A stretch of DNA of 63,791 bases. Source: Myxococcales bacterium. Lineage in GTDB: Bacteria > Myxococcota_A > Polyangia > Palsa-1104 > SHYY01. The position numbers were made by a program, and so were the translations under genes. Under the pieces are notes generated by a model that was not told the origin of the DNA, did no database searches, and saw only the letters and a list, made by a program, of their open reading frames with translations. This document shows positions 1 through 7,750 of the stretch, one piece after another; within the stretch, counting starts at the first letter, position 1, and every line of letters begins with the position of its first letter. Where the stretch lies: the NCBI GenBank assembly GCA_023248875.1, contig JAHFDT010000001.1, forward strand, positions 1 through 63,791. The letters are read 5' to 3'.

Positions 1-138
1 CTCCCCATTCGGTCGGCTGCACGAACCAAGTTCTCTGCTCGGCCGAAAAGATTCAACTCGTTCTCAGGCTGATTCCCCAGGTTCCGCATGGGGTTGCGTG
101 ATGGCGCCTGGCACGACCCAAGAATGCTACCCCAATCT

Positions 139-1305
139 TCAACGAGCGATCGGCTCGGTGCCCTCGCTGAGCAGCTCGACGTACGGCGCGTAGGCGAACA
201 CGCGGTTGCGCTTGAAACCGGTGAGCTCCTTGACGATGCGTTGCTTCTTCAGCCGATCGAGAGCGCCTGCCACTGTTGGGTAGGTCAGGCCGAGGTTTTT
301 TTCCATCTCCCGGATCCCCGCGATTGGCTTCTTCTGCAGGTACTCGTGGACCCGAAACGCAGAGGCTGCCGCTCGTCCGAGCTTCTCGATCTGGCGCCGG
401 TCTTTCTCGAACAGCGCGAGAATCCGGCGCGTGGTCGTCACGGCTTCCTCGGACGTGCTGATCACGCCCTCGAGAAAGAACCGAAGCCATCCCTCCCAAT
501 CGCCCTGAGTGCGCACGCGCTGGAGGTGGTCGTAGTACTCTTGGCGGTGGCTCTTGAAGTGGAGGCTGAGGTACAGGATCGGTTCTGAGAGCGCGCCTTC
601 CGCACGGAGGAGGAAGGTGATCAGGAGTCTTCCGAGTCTGCCATTGCCGTCGAGGAATGGGTGGATGGTCTCGAACTGCACGTGCGAGAGCGCAGCCTTC
701 AGCAACGTCGGCATCTCGATCGGATCGCCGTGTAGGAACTTCTCGAGTGCACCCATGCACTCCACGACGCGGTTTGTTGGTGGCGGCACGAACCGTGCGT
801 TCCCAGGCCCCGAGCCACCGATCCACACCTGGCTGCGGCGAAACTCGCCCGGCGACTTGTTACCTCCACGCCCACTGCGAAGGAGCACGCCGTGAATTTC
901 GCGAAATAGCCGGAGCGAGAGAGGGAACCCACCCCGGAGCCGCTCGATCCCGTGGCTCAGCGCGGCCACGTAATCCGATACCTCGCGCACGTCCTCGAGC
1001 GGAACGCCTGGGGCCTGATTGCTCTCGTAAAGCAGGAGATCGGAGAAGGACGACTGCGTGCCCTCGATCTGTGAGGAGACGAGCGCTTCTTTGCGGACGT
1101 AAGCGTAGATGAAGAGCGCCGTGTTCGGGAGCAGCGAGGTCATGCCGTCCAGCTTCCCGAGCGCCCGGTTGGCTTTCTCGAGGATAGCTTGGTCGGCGAC
1201 CGTCAAATTGAGCGGAGGCACCGGGGGTAACGGAGCCGGAACAAAGGCCCGGAAGGCCTCGTCGCCGCTACCAATTTGCACGAGCTGTCCCGTCGTTCGC
1301 TTCAT
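139..1305 (-). CDS. Fic family protein (AMPylase-type fold)
   Basis: 388-aa ORF. The Fic core motif HPFLDGNGRLGRLL (HxFx[D/E]GNGRxxR) is present in the translation. The C-terminal part looks like a winged helix. Confidence 0.85.
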   Translation of the reverse strand: MKRTTGQLVQIGSGDEAFRAFVPAPLPPVPPLNLTVADQAILEKANRALGKLDGMTSLLPNTALFIYAYVRKEALVSSQIEGTQSSFSDLLLYESNQAPGVPLEDVREVSDYVAALSHGIERLRGGFPLSLRLFREIHGVLLRSGRGGNKSPGEFRRSQVWIGGSGPGNARFVPPPTNRVVECMGALEKFLHGDPIEMPTLLKAALSHVQFETIHPFLDGNGRLGRLLITFLLRAEGALSEPILYLSLHFKSHRQEYYDHLQRVRTQGDWEGWLRFFLEGVISTSEEAVTTTRRILALFEKDRRQIEKLGRAAASAFRVHEYLQKKPIAGIREMEKNLGLTYPTVAGALDRLKKQRIVKELTGFKRNRVFAYAPYVELLSEGTEPIAR

Positions 1306-1751
1306 GAGTCCCCCGGATCGGCTTCCTTTAACAAGGCGCCTAAGGGTTACCCATATTCAACGTAGCTTTAACAAGAGTCAAGCAACGTCTGCATCCTAAA
1401 GGCACCCGCGAGCCCGTCACCCTGCCGAGCGCATTCGGTCGACTGTACCAATTCTCCTGACCACGCCTGCTCGGCCGCCCGGGCGAAGCCCTGCCTAAAG
1501 TACTGCTTTCGCGAGTATTACGGTAAGATGAATCACAAGGTGTGGAGTCAGTGGACGTTATCTATGTTGAAGGACGCTGGGACGACCTTGCCGAGCCATC
1601 ACGCGGCGACGCTGGCGTGCACTTCCTTTTCCTACAAACTGCGAGCCAACGTGATCGAATCCATGCCGACGTCGATGCTCGGCCTTCACGCGGAAAAACC
1701 CGCGCGCGACTGGCTCATCGCGGCGCGCGCGTTACGTGCGATGCTCGCGCG

Positions 1752-2696
1752 ATGTTTCTCGTCGCCGGCGCGAGCAGTGGGCCGGGGCAGCTCGTCGTCG
1801 CCGATCTTCTCGCCCGCAAAATGCCCACGCGCGTGCTGGTGCGGAGCGACGCGCAGGTCGCGCAGTTCGAGGCGCTCGGCGCGGAGGCTGCGAAGGGCGA
1901 CGTCGGCGACGAAGCGGCGCTCGTGCGAGCGTGCGCCGGTGTGAGCACCGTCATCTCGCTCGTCGGGCGCCACTTCGCGGACACCCGCGAGCGCCTCTGG
2001 TCGGTCGACGCGCTCGGCAACGCGGCCCTCGTTCGCGCCGCCGCCGCGGCAGGCGTGAAACGCTTCGTTTTGCTGTCCGCCCTCTGGGCCGATCGCGAGC
2101 TGCCGCCCGTGCTGCTGGCCGCGAAGAGGTACGCCGAGCAAGCGCTCGTGGAGAGCGGCATGTCGTACGCCATCTTGCGACCCTCGACGTTCACGACGGG
2201 CGCGAGCAGCTTGGTCGGCGCCGTCGGTCCGAGCATCGAGCGTTGGGGTTTGGCCTTCATTCCGCGCCCAGATTCGCAGCCGATCTCGTTCATCACGCTC
2301 GCCGACGTCGCGGCAGCCATCGTCGCCGCCGCCCTCGATGATCGCCCGAGCCTCGTCGCCGAGCTCGGCGGCCCCGAAGCGCTCACGATGGCAGAAGGCG
2401 CGCGCCGCCTCGGCGCCGTATTGAACAAGAAGGTTCGCATCGTCCGCGTGCCGCGATTCGTATCGTCGTTGTGGCGACGCGTCGCGCGCCGTCGCAGCTT
2501 CGGCGCGTACGAGCTCATGCTGTTTCTCGACATGCTCGCCGACCATGGCTACCACTGCGACGCCGGGCCGGCGCGCCAGCTGCTCGGGCGCGAGCCCACC
2601 GGCGTCGACGAAGCGCTTCGCGCGTACTACGCGACGACGAAGCTCACGCCCTGGCGCGAGTCCAACGTCGGCGTCCTGTCGACGAGGTCGAAGTGA
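1752..2696 (+). CDS. NAD(P)H-binding NmrA/atypical-SDR-like protein
   Basis: In frame with the 1542..2696 ORF. The internal ATG at 1752 gives MFLVAGASSGPGQLVV..., a Rossmann GxxGxxG-like N-terminus. The upstream extension is Arg-rich and looks non-coding. Confidence 0.7.
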   Translation: MFLVAGASSGPGQLVVADLLARKMPTRVLVRSDAQVAQFEALGAEAAKGDVGDEAALVRACAGVSTVISLVGRHFADTRERLWSVDALGNAALVRAAAAAGVKRFVLLSALWADRELPPVLLAAKRYAEQALVESGMSYAILRPSTFTTGASSLVGAVGPSIERWGLAFIPRPDSQPISFITLADVAAAIVAAALDDRPSLVAELGGPEALTMAEGARRLGAVLNKKVRIVRVPRFVSSLWRRVARRRSFGAYELMLFLDMLADHGYHCDAGPARQLLGREPTGVDEALRAYYATTKLTPWRESNVGVLSTRSK

Positions 2697-2701
2697 CGAC
2701 G

Positions 2702-3661
2702 ATGTCCGCGCTCGCGTCCGTGGCGCACGGCGTCGAGCTCGTGACGCGCCCGATCCCCACGCCCAAGCGCGGCGAGGTGCTCGTGAAGATGCGCGCCGCG
2801 CCGATCAACCCGAACGACTTGATGATGCTCGACGGCACATACGAAGTGAAAAAGCCCCTCGGCGCGATCGCCGGCTTCGAAGGCTCTGGCACGGTGGTCG
2901 CATCCGGCGGCGGTTTCATGGGCCGATTTCTCATCGGTCGCGACGTGGCATGCGCCGCGGGCGACGGCGACGGCACGTGGGCCGAATACACGTGCGTCGA
3001 AGCGCTGCGCTGCGCGCCGCTCTCGAAAGCGACCGATCGCGATCAAGCCGCGATGCTCCTCACGAACCCGATGACCGCGACGGTCTTGCTCCAAACCGCG
3101 CGCCGCGCCGGCCATCGCGCGTTCGTCCAAAACGCCGCCGCCGGCGCGCTCGGCAAAATGATCGTTCGCCTTTGCGCGCGACAAGGCTTGCGGCTCGTCA
3201 ACGTCGTTCGCCGCCCCGAGCAAGTCGACGCCCTCCGCGCGATTGGCGCCGAGCACGTCGTTCTCTCGAGCGACGACGTTGGGCTCTGCGCGCTCTGCGA
3301 AAAGCTCTCCGTCCGCTTCGCCTTCGACGCCATCGCGGGCGAGTCGACGAAGCAACTCTCACGCGCCATCGGCATCGGCGGCCGCATCCTCGTCTACGGC
3401 ATGCTTTCCGGCGCGCCCGCGCAGATCGACACGGACGCCCTCGTCTTCCGCCGCCTCCGCGTCGACGGCTTCACGATGTACGCGTGGCTCGAACAAACCT
3501 CGCTCCTCGGAAAGCTCCGCACCCTGTGGAGCGCACAGCGCCGCCTCGCCGACGCTCTACGCTCCGAAATCCGCGCGACGAAACCGCTCGCTGATCACGC
3601 CGAAGCGCTCACCCTCGCGCACGGGACGACGAGCGAGGGCAAGGTACTTTTCCGATTCTGA
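2702..3661 (+). CDS. MDR-family zinc-type alcohol dehydrogenase / quinone oxidoreductase
   Basis: The ATG at 2702 lies 5 nt after the previous stop. The GEVLVKMRAAPINPNDL and AAGALG nucleotide-binding stretches are typical of the quinone-oxidoreductase MDR family. Confidence 0.75.
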   Translation: MSALASVAHGVELVTRPIPTPKRGEVLVKMRAAPINPNDLMMLDGTYEVKKPLGAIAGFEGSGTVVASGGGFMGRFLIGRDVACAAGDGDGTWAEYTCVEALRCAPLSKATDRDQAAMLLTNPMTATVLLQTARRAGHRAFVQNAAAGALGKMIVRLCARQGLRLVNVVRRPEQVDALRAIGAEHVVLSSDDVGLCALCEKLSVRFAFDAIAGESTKQLSRAIGIGGRILVYGMLSGAPAQIDTDALVFRRLRVDGFTMYAWLEQTSLLGKLRTLWSAQRRLADALRSEIRATKPLADHAEALTLAHGTTSEGKVLFRF

Positions 3662-3859
3662 ATTTTCGTGGGATCACGCGAAAGACGATCGTGCGCACAC
3701 GCGCATCGCGACGCAATCGCCGACGTCACTTTGCTTCGAAGCCGACGATGCCGTGGGCTTGATCGAAGAGGACGTGTCGTACCGGAAGAAGACGCCGGTC
3801 CCGAGGTTCATGAATGGGTTTCCGGTGGTGGGCTTGATCCACTCCCGTGGACAGTTTGG

Positions 3860-3994
3860 TTACGCTGCCAACGCTACCTGATTGGCCTCTTCTCTCTTCG
3901 CTTTTTCATACGCGGCCGGGCTCAGGTAGTCCAGTGAGGACTGCCGGCGCTTCCGGTTGTAAAAAACCTCGATGTAATCAAACAACTCATTCAT
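3860..3994 (-). pseudogene. IS3-family transposase (integrase-core) C-terminal remnant
   Basis: The minus-strand translation is MNELFDYIEVFYNRKRRQSSLDYLSPAAYEKAKREEANQ. This matches the conserved C-terminal tail of IS3 OrfB/rve proteins (IE.FYN.KRRHS.LGY.SP..YE). Only 44 codons remain. Confidence 0.6.
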
Positions 3995-4009
3995 GGTTTG
4001 CTCGGGGGA

Positions 4010-4345
4010 ATCGAATCGTTCCCCACTTCCTCGTCCAGATCGCCGACCGCGATCACGTCTTCTTCGAGTATCTGCCGCGCGAGACCAGCGCCGCGATCGG
4101 GGAGCTGTTCAAGGGCTTCACCGGCTACGTCCAGGCCGACGCCAAGAGCGTCTACGACGCACTCTTTCGTCCGCCCGATCGGCCACCCGACGACGATGTC
4201 GACGCCGACGTCGCGACCCCGAGCGAGGTCGGCTGCTGGAGCCATGCGCGCCGAAAGTTCTGGGAGGCGACCGTAGCCAAGAGCGCCGTGGCGCGCGAAG
4301 GGCTCGCGCGCATCTCGATGATGTTCGCGCTCAACTTCATGGTCA
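4010..4345 (+). pseudogene. IS66-family transposase internal fragment
   Basis: The translation DRDHVFFEYLPRETSAAIGELFKGFTGYVQADAKSVYDALF...EVGCWSHARRKFWEA matches the IS66 DDE-region signature (CWAHARRKF). The N- and C-terminal parts of a full-length transposase are missing. Confidence 0.65.
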
Positions 4346-4436
4346 TACCCAAGAGGAACGCTCGCGCCGAACTGCCGAGGTCACGACGTTGCTGAACGCG
4401 TTCCGGACACCGCAGTAGGAGTGTCTGCGGGGCCTT

Positions 4437-4476
4437 GGTTCAAGTCCGCCTCGGGGTCCCAAGGCGGACTCGAACC
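4437..4476. repeat. Palindrome built from two opposed tRNA T-arm-like segments
   Basis: GGTTCAAGTCCGCCT (4437-4451) pairs with AGGCGGACTCGAACC (4462-4476) at 14 of 15 positions around a 10-nt loop. Each arm resembles a tRNA T-arm (GGTTCRAGTCC). The plus copy continues as TCGGGGTCCCA, which looks like an acceptor 3' end plus CCA. Confidence 0.6.
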
Positions 4477-4499
4477 ACGCTCTCTCTGGTTAACAGCAG

Positions 4500-4572
4500 C
4501 TCCGACGACAGGACTCGAACCTGTGACCCGGTGATTAACAGTCACCTGCTCTACCAGCTGAGCTACGTCGGA
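4500..4572 (-). tRNA. tRNA-Asn (anticodon GUU)
   Basis: The minus-strand read is TCCGACGTAGCTCAGCTGGTAGAGCAGGTGACTGTTAATCACCGGGTCACAGGTTCGAGTCCTGTCGTCGGAG. The acceptor is TCCGACG/CGTCGGA, the D stem GCTC/GAGC, the anticodon stem GGTGA/TCACC with loop CTGTTAA, and the T stem ACAGG/CCTGT. It is 73 nt and CCA is not encoded. Confidence 0.9.
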
Positions 4573-4629
4573 ATGTTCCAGCGAGCGATTATCTGGACAG
4601 CTCCTGACGTGTCAAGGTAATTTGCGAAG

Positions 4630-5160
4630 ATGCCGCATTCACTGGAAAGACTGTCGTTTCTCCTGATTCTCGTCACGAGCTGCGCCACGGAACCCAAGGT
4701 GGTGCCGGCAACACCGAGCCCACCGCCTCCACCCACCGTGCCAGCGGGGTCCCTGCTCGAAGTACAAATCGCAGCTCACCGCCCCTCGCTGTTGGCCGGC
4801 CTGGACGCGCCATCGGAGCGCAAGACACTCATGAAAGAGATCGCCAAACAGCTCGGGGTCGACTGCGACTACTGCCACGATGTCGCCGATTTTGCAGCGG
4901 CGACACCGAACAAGACGATCGCCAACTACATGTTCACCCACTTTGCCGTTGGATTGGTGCGTAAGAGTGATGAGCCCACTACCTGCGGCAGCTGCCACCA
5001 GGGTCAGGCTAAGTTTCTCGGCGACCGTGGCGACAAGAAGCGCATTGCAGCGCTGATGAAGACCACCTTGACCGAACCGTTCGTGCAGCGAGGTGGTGGT
5101 GCGGCCGAGTGTGCGACCTGCCATGGCGATCAGCTCAACCGGCCGTTTCTACCGCGGTAG
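4630..5160 (+). CDS. Triheme c-type cytochrome, probable lipoprotein (reaction-centre cytochrome c subunit-like)
   Basis: 176-aa ORF with a signal/lipobox-like N-terminus (LILVTSC). It has three CxxCH heme motifs: CDYCH, CGSCH and CATCH. Confidence 0.75.
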   Translation: MPHSLERLSFLLILVTSCATEPKVVPATPSPPPPPTVPAGSLLEVQIAAHRPSLLAGLDAPSERKTLMKEIAKQLGVDCDYCHDVADFAAATPNKTIANYMFTHFAVGLVRKSDEPTTCGSCHQGQAKFLGDRGDKKRIAALMKTTLTEPFVQRGGGAAECATCHGDQLNRPFLPR

Positions 5161-6267
5161 TTTGATCCCCAAGAGGCGCTGAGCATTGCCTGCATAGATC
5201 TTGGCAAGCACCGACGGAGAGAGGCCAAGACCGTCGATCTTCCAGCGCCCCTGAATGGGCGTGGGATGGTCAAATTGGCGATCACTGGTTTCAAAATAGC
5301 GCCAGGTCGAATCAAAAAACCGCTCAATCTCTGCTGCAGTCGGCGGCTCGGATCCCGTCGATCCGAGCATCAGGTCTCCGGGCTCGCTGCCGATTCCCAA
5401 ATCGGTTCCAAAGAGGATCCGATCCTGAAACCGCTCAAAAAAGTTTCGCATCCGATCGGCCGAATGACGGCCAATCTCCGGCACCCGCGCCGCAGTATCG
5501 ATGTAGAGATTGGGGTGACGTTCGAGCAAGGCGGCGATGCGGTCGGGGTCTTCGGGATCGTTGCCAAAATGAACGCCGATGAAAATGGTTTTGGGATGGC
5601 GTGCCACCCTCCGAACGAAGGACTCGAACAGCGCCTCCCATGACGGCAGTGGCTCACCGTAGAAGCTCCAGCCGGGATGGGCCCTGAGCTCGTCGTAGCG
5701 CTCATTGTCCGGAGTCGCTGGGCGCCAAAAAGCCTTGGGGTCACCTGAGTGGATCGCGACCGGCATGCCGAGCTCGCCCGCTTTTTCAAAGAGTGGATCG
5801 AGCCCAGGGTCGTCGACGGTGAGCAGTTTGCCGTCGGGACCCTCGTAACCAAGCCCAAGACCCTTGGAAATCTTGAGTCCGATGGCGCCCAGCTGTCGGG
5901 CGCGTACGAGCTGGACTGCCATGCGCTTGCCATAGCCGGGCCCGCGCGGCGGTTCGCGCCAGTCGGCGTTGGCAAAGATCGATACGCTGCCACCGAGAAG
6001 TGCGGCTTCGGCGAGCTGTTGCTCTAAGCCGTGGCCGGGGACTCCACCCGATAGATTGACCAGATGGACGATTCCATGGCTGCGGGCCAGATCGACAGCC
6101 CGCACGCCGGCTCCCGGCACGATGTGCGTGTGGACATCGATGCGCGGCAACTGCGACGGGTGCCAACGCACCGTCGGCGCGACAGTCGATAGTGGCGGAG
6201 ACTGGCGACGGCAAGCCGAGAGTACCATCGCGCAAGCGATGATAGTGAAACACTGGGTCCACTTCAT
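5149..6267 (-). CDS. Amidohydrolase-family metal-dependent hydrolase (TIM barrel), secreted/lipoprotein
   Basis: 372-aa ORF with signal peptide MKWTQCFTIIACAMVLSAC. It carries the metal-binding motif IDVHTHIVPG near the N-terminus and later HSGD and GTD motifs. Confidence 0.75.
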   Translation of the reverse strand: MKWTQCFTIIACAMVLSACRRQSPPLSTVAPTVRWHPSQLPRIDVHTHIVPGAGVRAVDLARSHGIVHLVNLSGGVPGHGLEQQLAEAALLGGSVSIFANADWREPPRGPGYGKRMAVQLVRARQLGAIGLKISKGLGLGYEGPDGKLLTVDDPGLDPLFEKAGELGMPVAIHSGDPKAFWRPATPDNERYDELRAHPGWSFYGEPLPSWEALFESFVRRVARHPKTIFIGVHFGNDPEDPDRIAALLERHPNLYIDTAARVPEIGRHSADRMRNFFERFQDRILFGTDLGIGSEPGDLMLGSTGSEPPTAAEIERFFDSTWRYFETSDRQFDHPTPIQGRWKIDGLGLSPSVLAKIYAGNAQRLLGIKLPR

Positions 6268-7685
6268 CGGCGCTTCACATCCGGAACATGTTCGCGAGGC
6301 TCATCGAAAAGCGGCGATGGGCTGGCAGGCACGACAGCCGGCGTAGCTGACCTGCGTGACTTTCCGCGCACCGGACGTTCGGGCATGAGACGAATTCGCC
6401 AGGGCTCACCGGGCCACATACGGCGCCGAAAGGGGCGATGGCCGGGGAGCGAGATGGTCACGTTGTAGCTGCGCGAAAGATCGAGTCCCGGAATGCGCAG
6501 AGGCGTCACTCCAGCCACGGGTGTGTCTTCGATCAATACGGTGGCACCAGCCGGCGTGGTCGTCACTTCGACCCCGGCGCGCGACGGCAGCAGCGGCAGG
6601 ACCGCCACGGGATCGGCCGACTGCATATCCGGACTGGGCTCCTGCTCTCCGGGCGCGCCAGCGTCCGGGGGCAGCTCATGGTGGGCGTGGCTCGTCATGT
6701 CCGCCCTCGCATGGATTGAGTGTTCCGGCACGAGCGAAGCCGCATCGTGAACGGCCCCGGGATGATCGTCACTCTCGGAGACGAACACCCACAGGACCAG
6801 GCCCACGCTGAGCAGGGTCACAAGCAGCCCAGCGACAAGAAGGATTGTGGTCAGCGAACGACCGGAGCGCGGCCTTGCGGTAGCGGGTGATGCGGACGGC
6901 GTTTTGGTGGGTGACCTCGCGGCCGCTGGTGGGGCTGGCGTTGGGGCTGGCGCCGTTGCCGCTGCTGCCACCGCAGTAGGAGCAGGCAGGACTGCTGTCG
7001 CGGCCGTTGCAGCAGGCGGCTGCGCGACCGGCGCATCGACCACGATGGTCGCCGCGGTGGCAGAAGCAACGGAGGCCGGTGCCGGTGCATCGACCACGAC
7101 GGTCGCCGCGGTGGCAGGAGCAACGGAGGCCGGTGCCGGTGCATCGACCAGCACGGTGGCAGCGGTAGAGAGCGAGGTCTCGACCACCGCAGGATTCGCA
7201 GCAGTCGGAGCGGGTGGAACTACGGTCATCTCCACCGTTGGAGAAGCAGCGGGAGATGGCACCACCGGCTCTGCCGGAACGTCCCCCGCCTCTTCCGGGA
7301 CCTGCTTCATACCGCTGTCGTAACGTGACTCGGCGGCCCGTCCACGCTCCTGCTTCTCGCGCAGAATTCGCTCGAGCATTTCCTCGCCGCCCGGGGCCAG
7401 CTCGTCGAAACGTACCCCCATACCGGGTGCCACCTGCGGACGCTTGGGCTCCGGCTCGCGCATCCACGCCACGGTCCCCTCCCCCTTGATCAGCAGGGAC
7501 GAGTTCTGCAGCTGAAATTCGAAATGCAGCTTGGTGCCGACGGTGAAGGGCTTCTTGGTACGAATAAAAATACCGCTGCGGCTGACATCGACCGCGTAGC
7601 GCTCCACAAACTGCTCGAGGGTATCGCTCTTGAAACGAATCTTCAGCGTGACTGGTGCGCGTGCCGCTTTGCGGTACTTCTCCAT
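6264..7685 (-). CDS. PilZ-like domain / Ala-Pro repeat / TM / PEGA domain protein
   Basis: The N-terminus RAPVTLKIRFKSDTLEQFVERYAVDVSRSGIFIRTKKPFTVGTKLHFEFQL matches the myxobacterial PilZ-type paralogous domain, which I recall as TIGR02266. A central A/P/T/V-rich repeat is followed by one TM helix (LTTILLVAGLLVTLLSVGLVLWVF). A C-terminal PEGA-like segment follows (VTTTPAGATVLIEDTPVAGVTPL...SLPGHRP). Confidence 0.75.
   Translation of the reverse strand: MEKYRKAARAPVTLKIRFKSDTLEQFVERYAVDVSRSGIFIRTKKPFTVGTKLHFEFQLQNSSLLIKGEGTVAWMREPEPKRPQVAPGMGVRFDELAPGGEEMLERILREKQERGRAAESRYDSGMKQVPEEAGDVPAEPVVPSPAASPTVEMTVVPPAPTAANPAVVETSLSTAATVLVDAPAPASVAPATAATVVVDAPAPASVASATAATIVVDAPVAQPPAATAATAVLPAPTAVAAAATAPAPTPAPPAAARSPTKTPSASPATARPRSGRSLTTILLVAGLLVTLLSVGLVLWVFVSESDDHPGAVHDAASLVPEHSIHARADMTSHAHHELPPDAGAPGEQEPSPDMQSADPVAVLPLLPSRAGVEVTTTPAGATVLIEDTPVAGVTPLRIPGLDLSRSYNVTISLPGHRPFRRRMWPGEPWRIRLMPERPVRGKSRRSATPAVVPASPSPLFDEPREHVPDVKRR
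7033..7165. repeat. 54-nt in-frame tandem repeat (about 2.4 copies) inside the PilZ-PEGA gene
   Basis: Units 7033-7086 and 7087-7140 differ at 2 of 54 positions, and a third partial unit starts at 7141. The repeat encodes VDAPAPASVA(P/S)ATAAT(V/I)V. Confidence 0.9.
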
Positions 7686-7750
7686 CCCCGAAGCTCACTG
7701 TAGCAGAACCGTTTTCCCCTCTCAAAAAGCTGCGCTACTATCTCGACCCC

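Noticed and set aside
3243-3881. 212-aa plus-strand ORF spanning the end of the MDR dehydrogenase gene into the IS-remnant region
   Set aside because: Most of it is an alternative frame of the dehydrogenase gene (Ser/Ala/Arg-rich). The tail (…EADDAVGLIEEDVSYRKKTPVPRFMNG…) did not match anything I could recognise.
7033-7165. Short tandem repeats checked as a possible CRISPR array
   Set aside because: The repeats are contiguous without spacers, in frame and inside a coding gene. No CRISPR-like repeat-spacer structure or cas genes were seen anywhere in the window.
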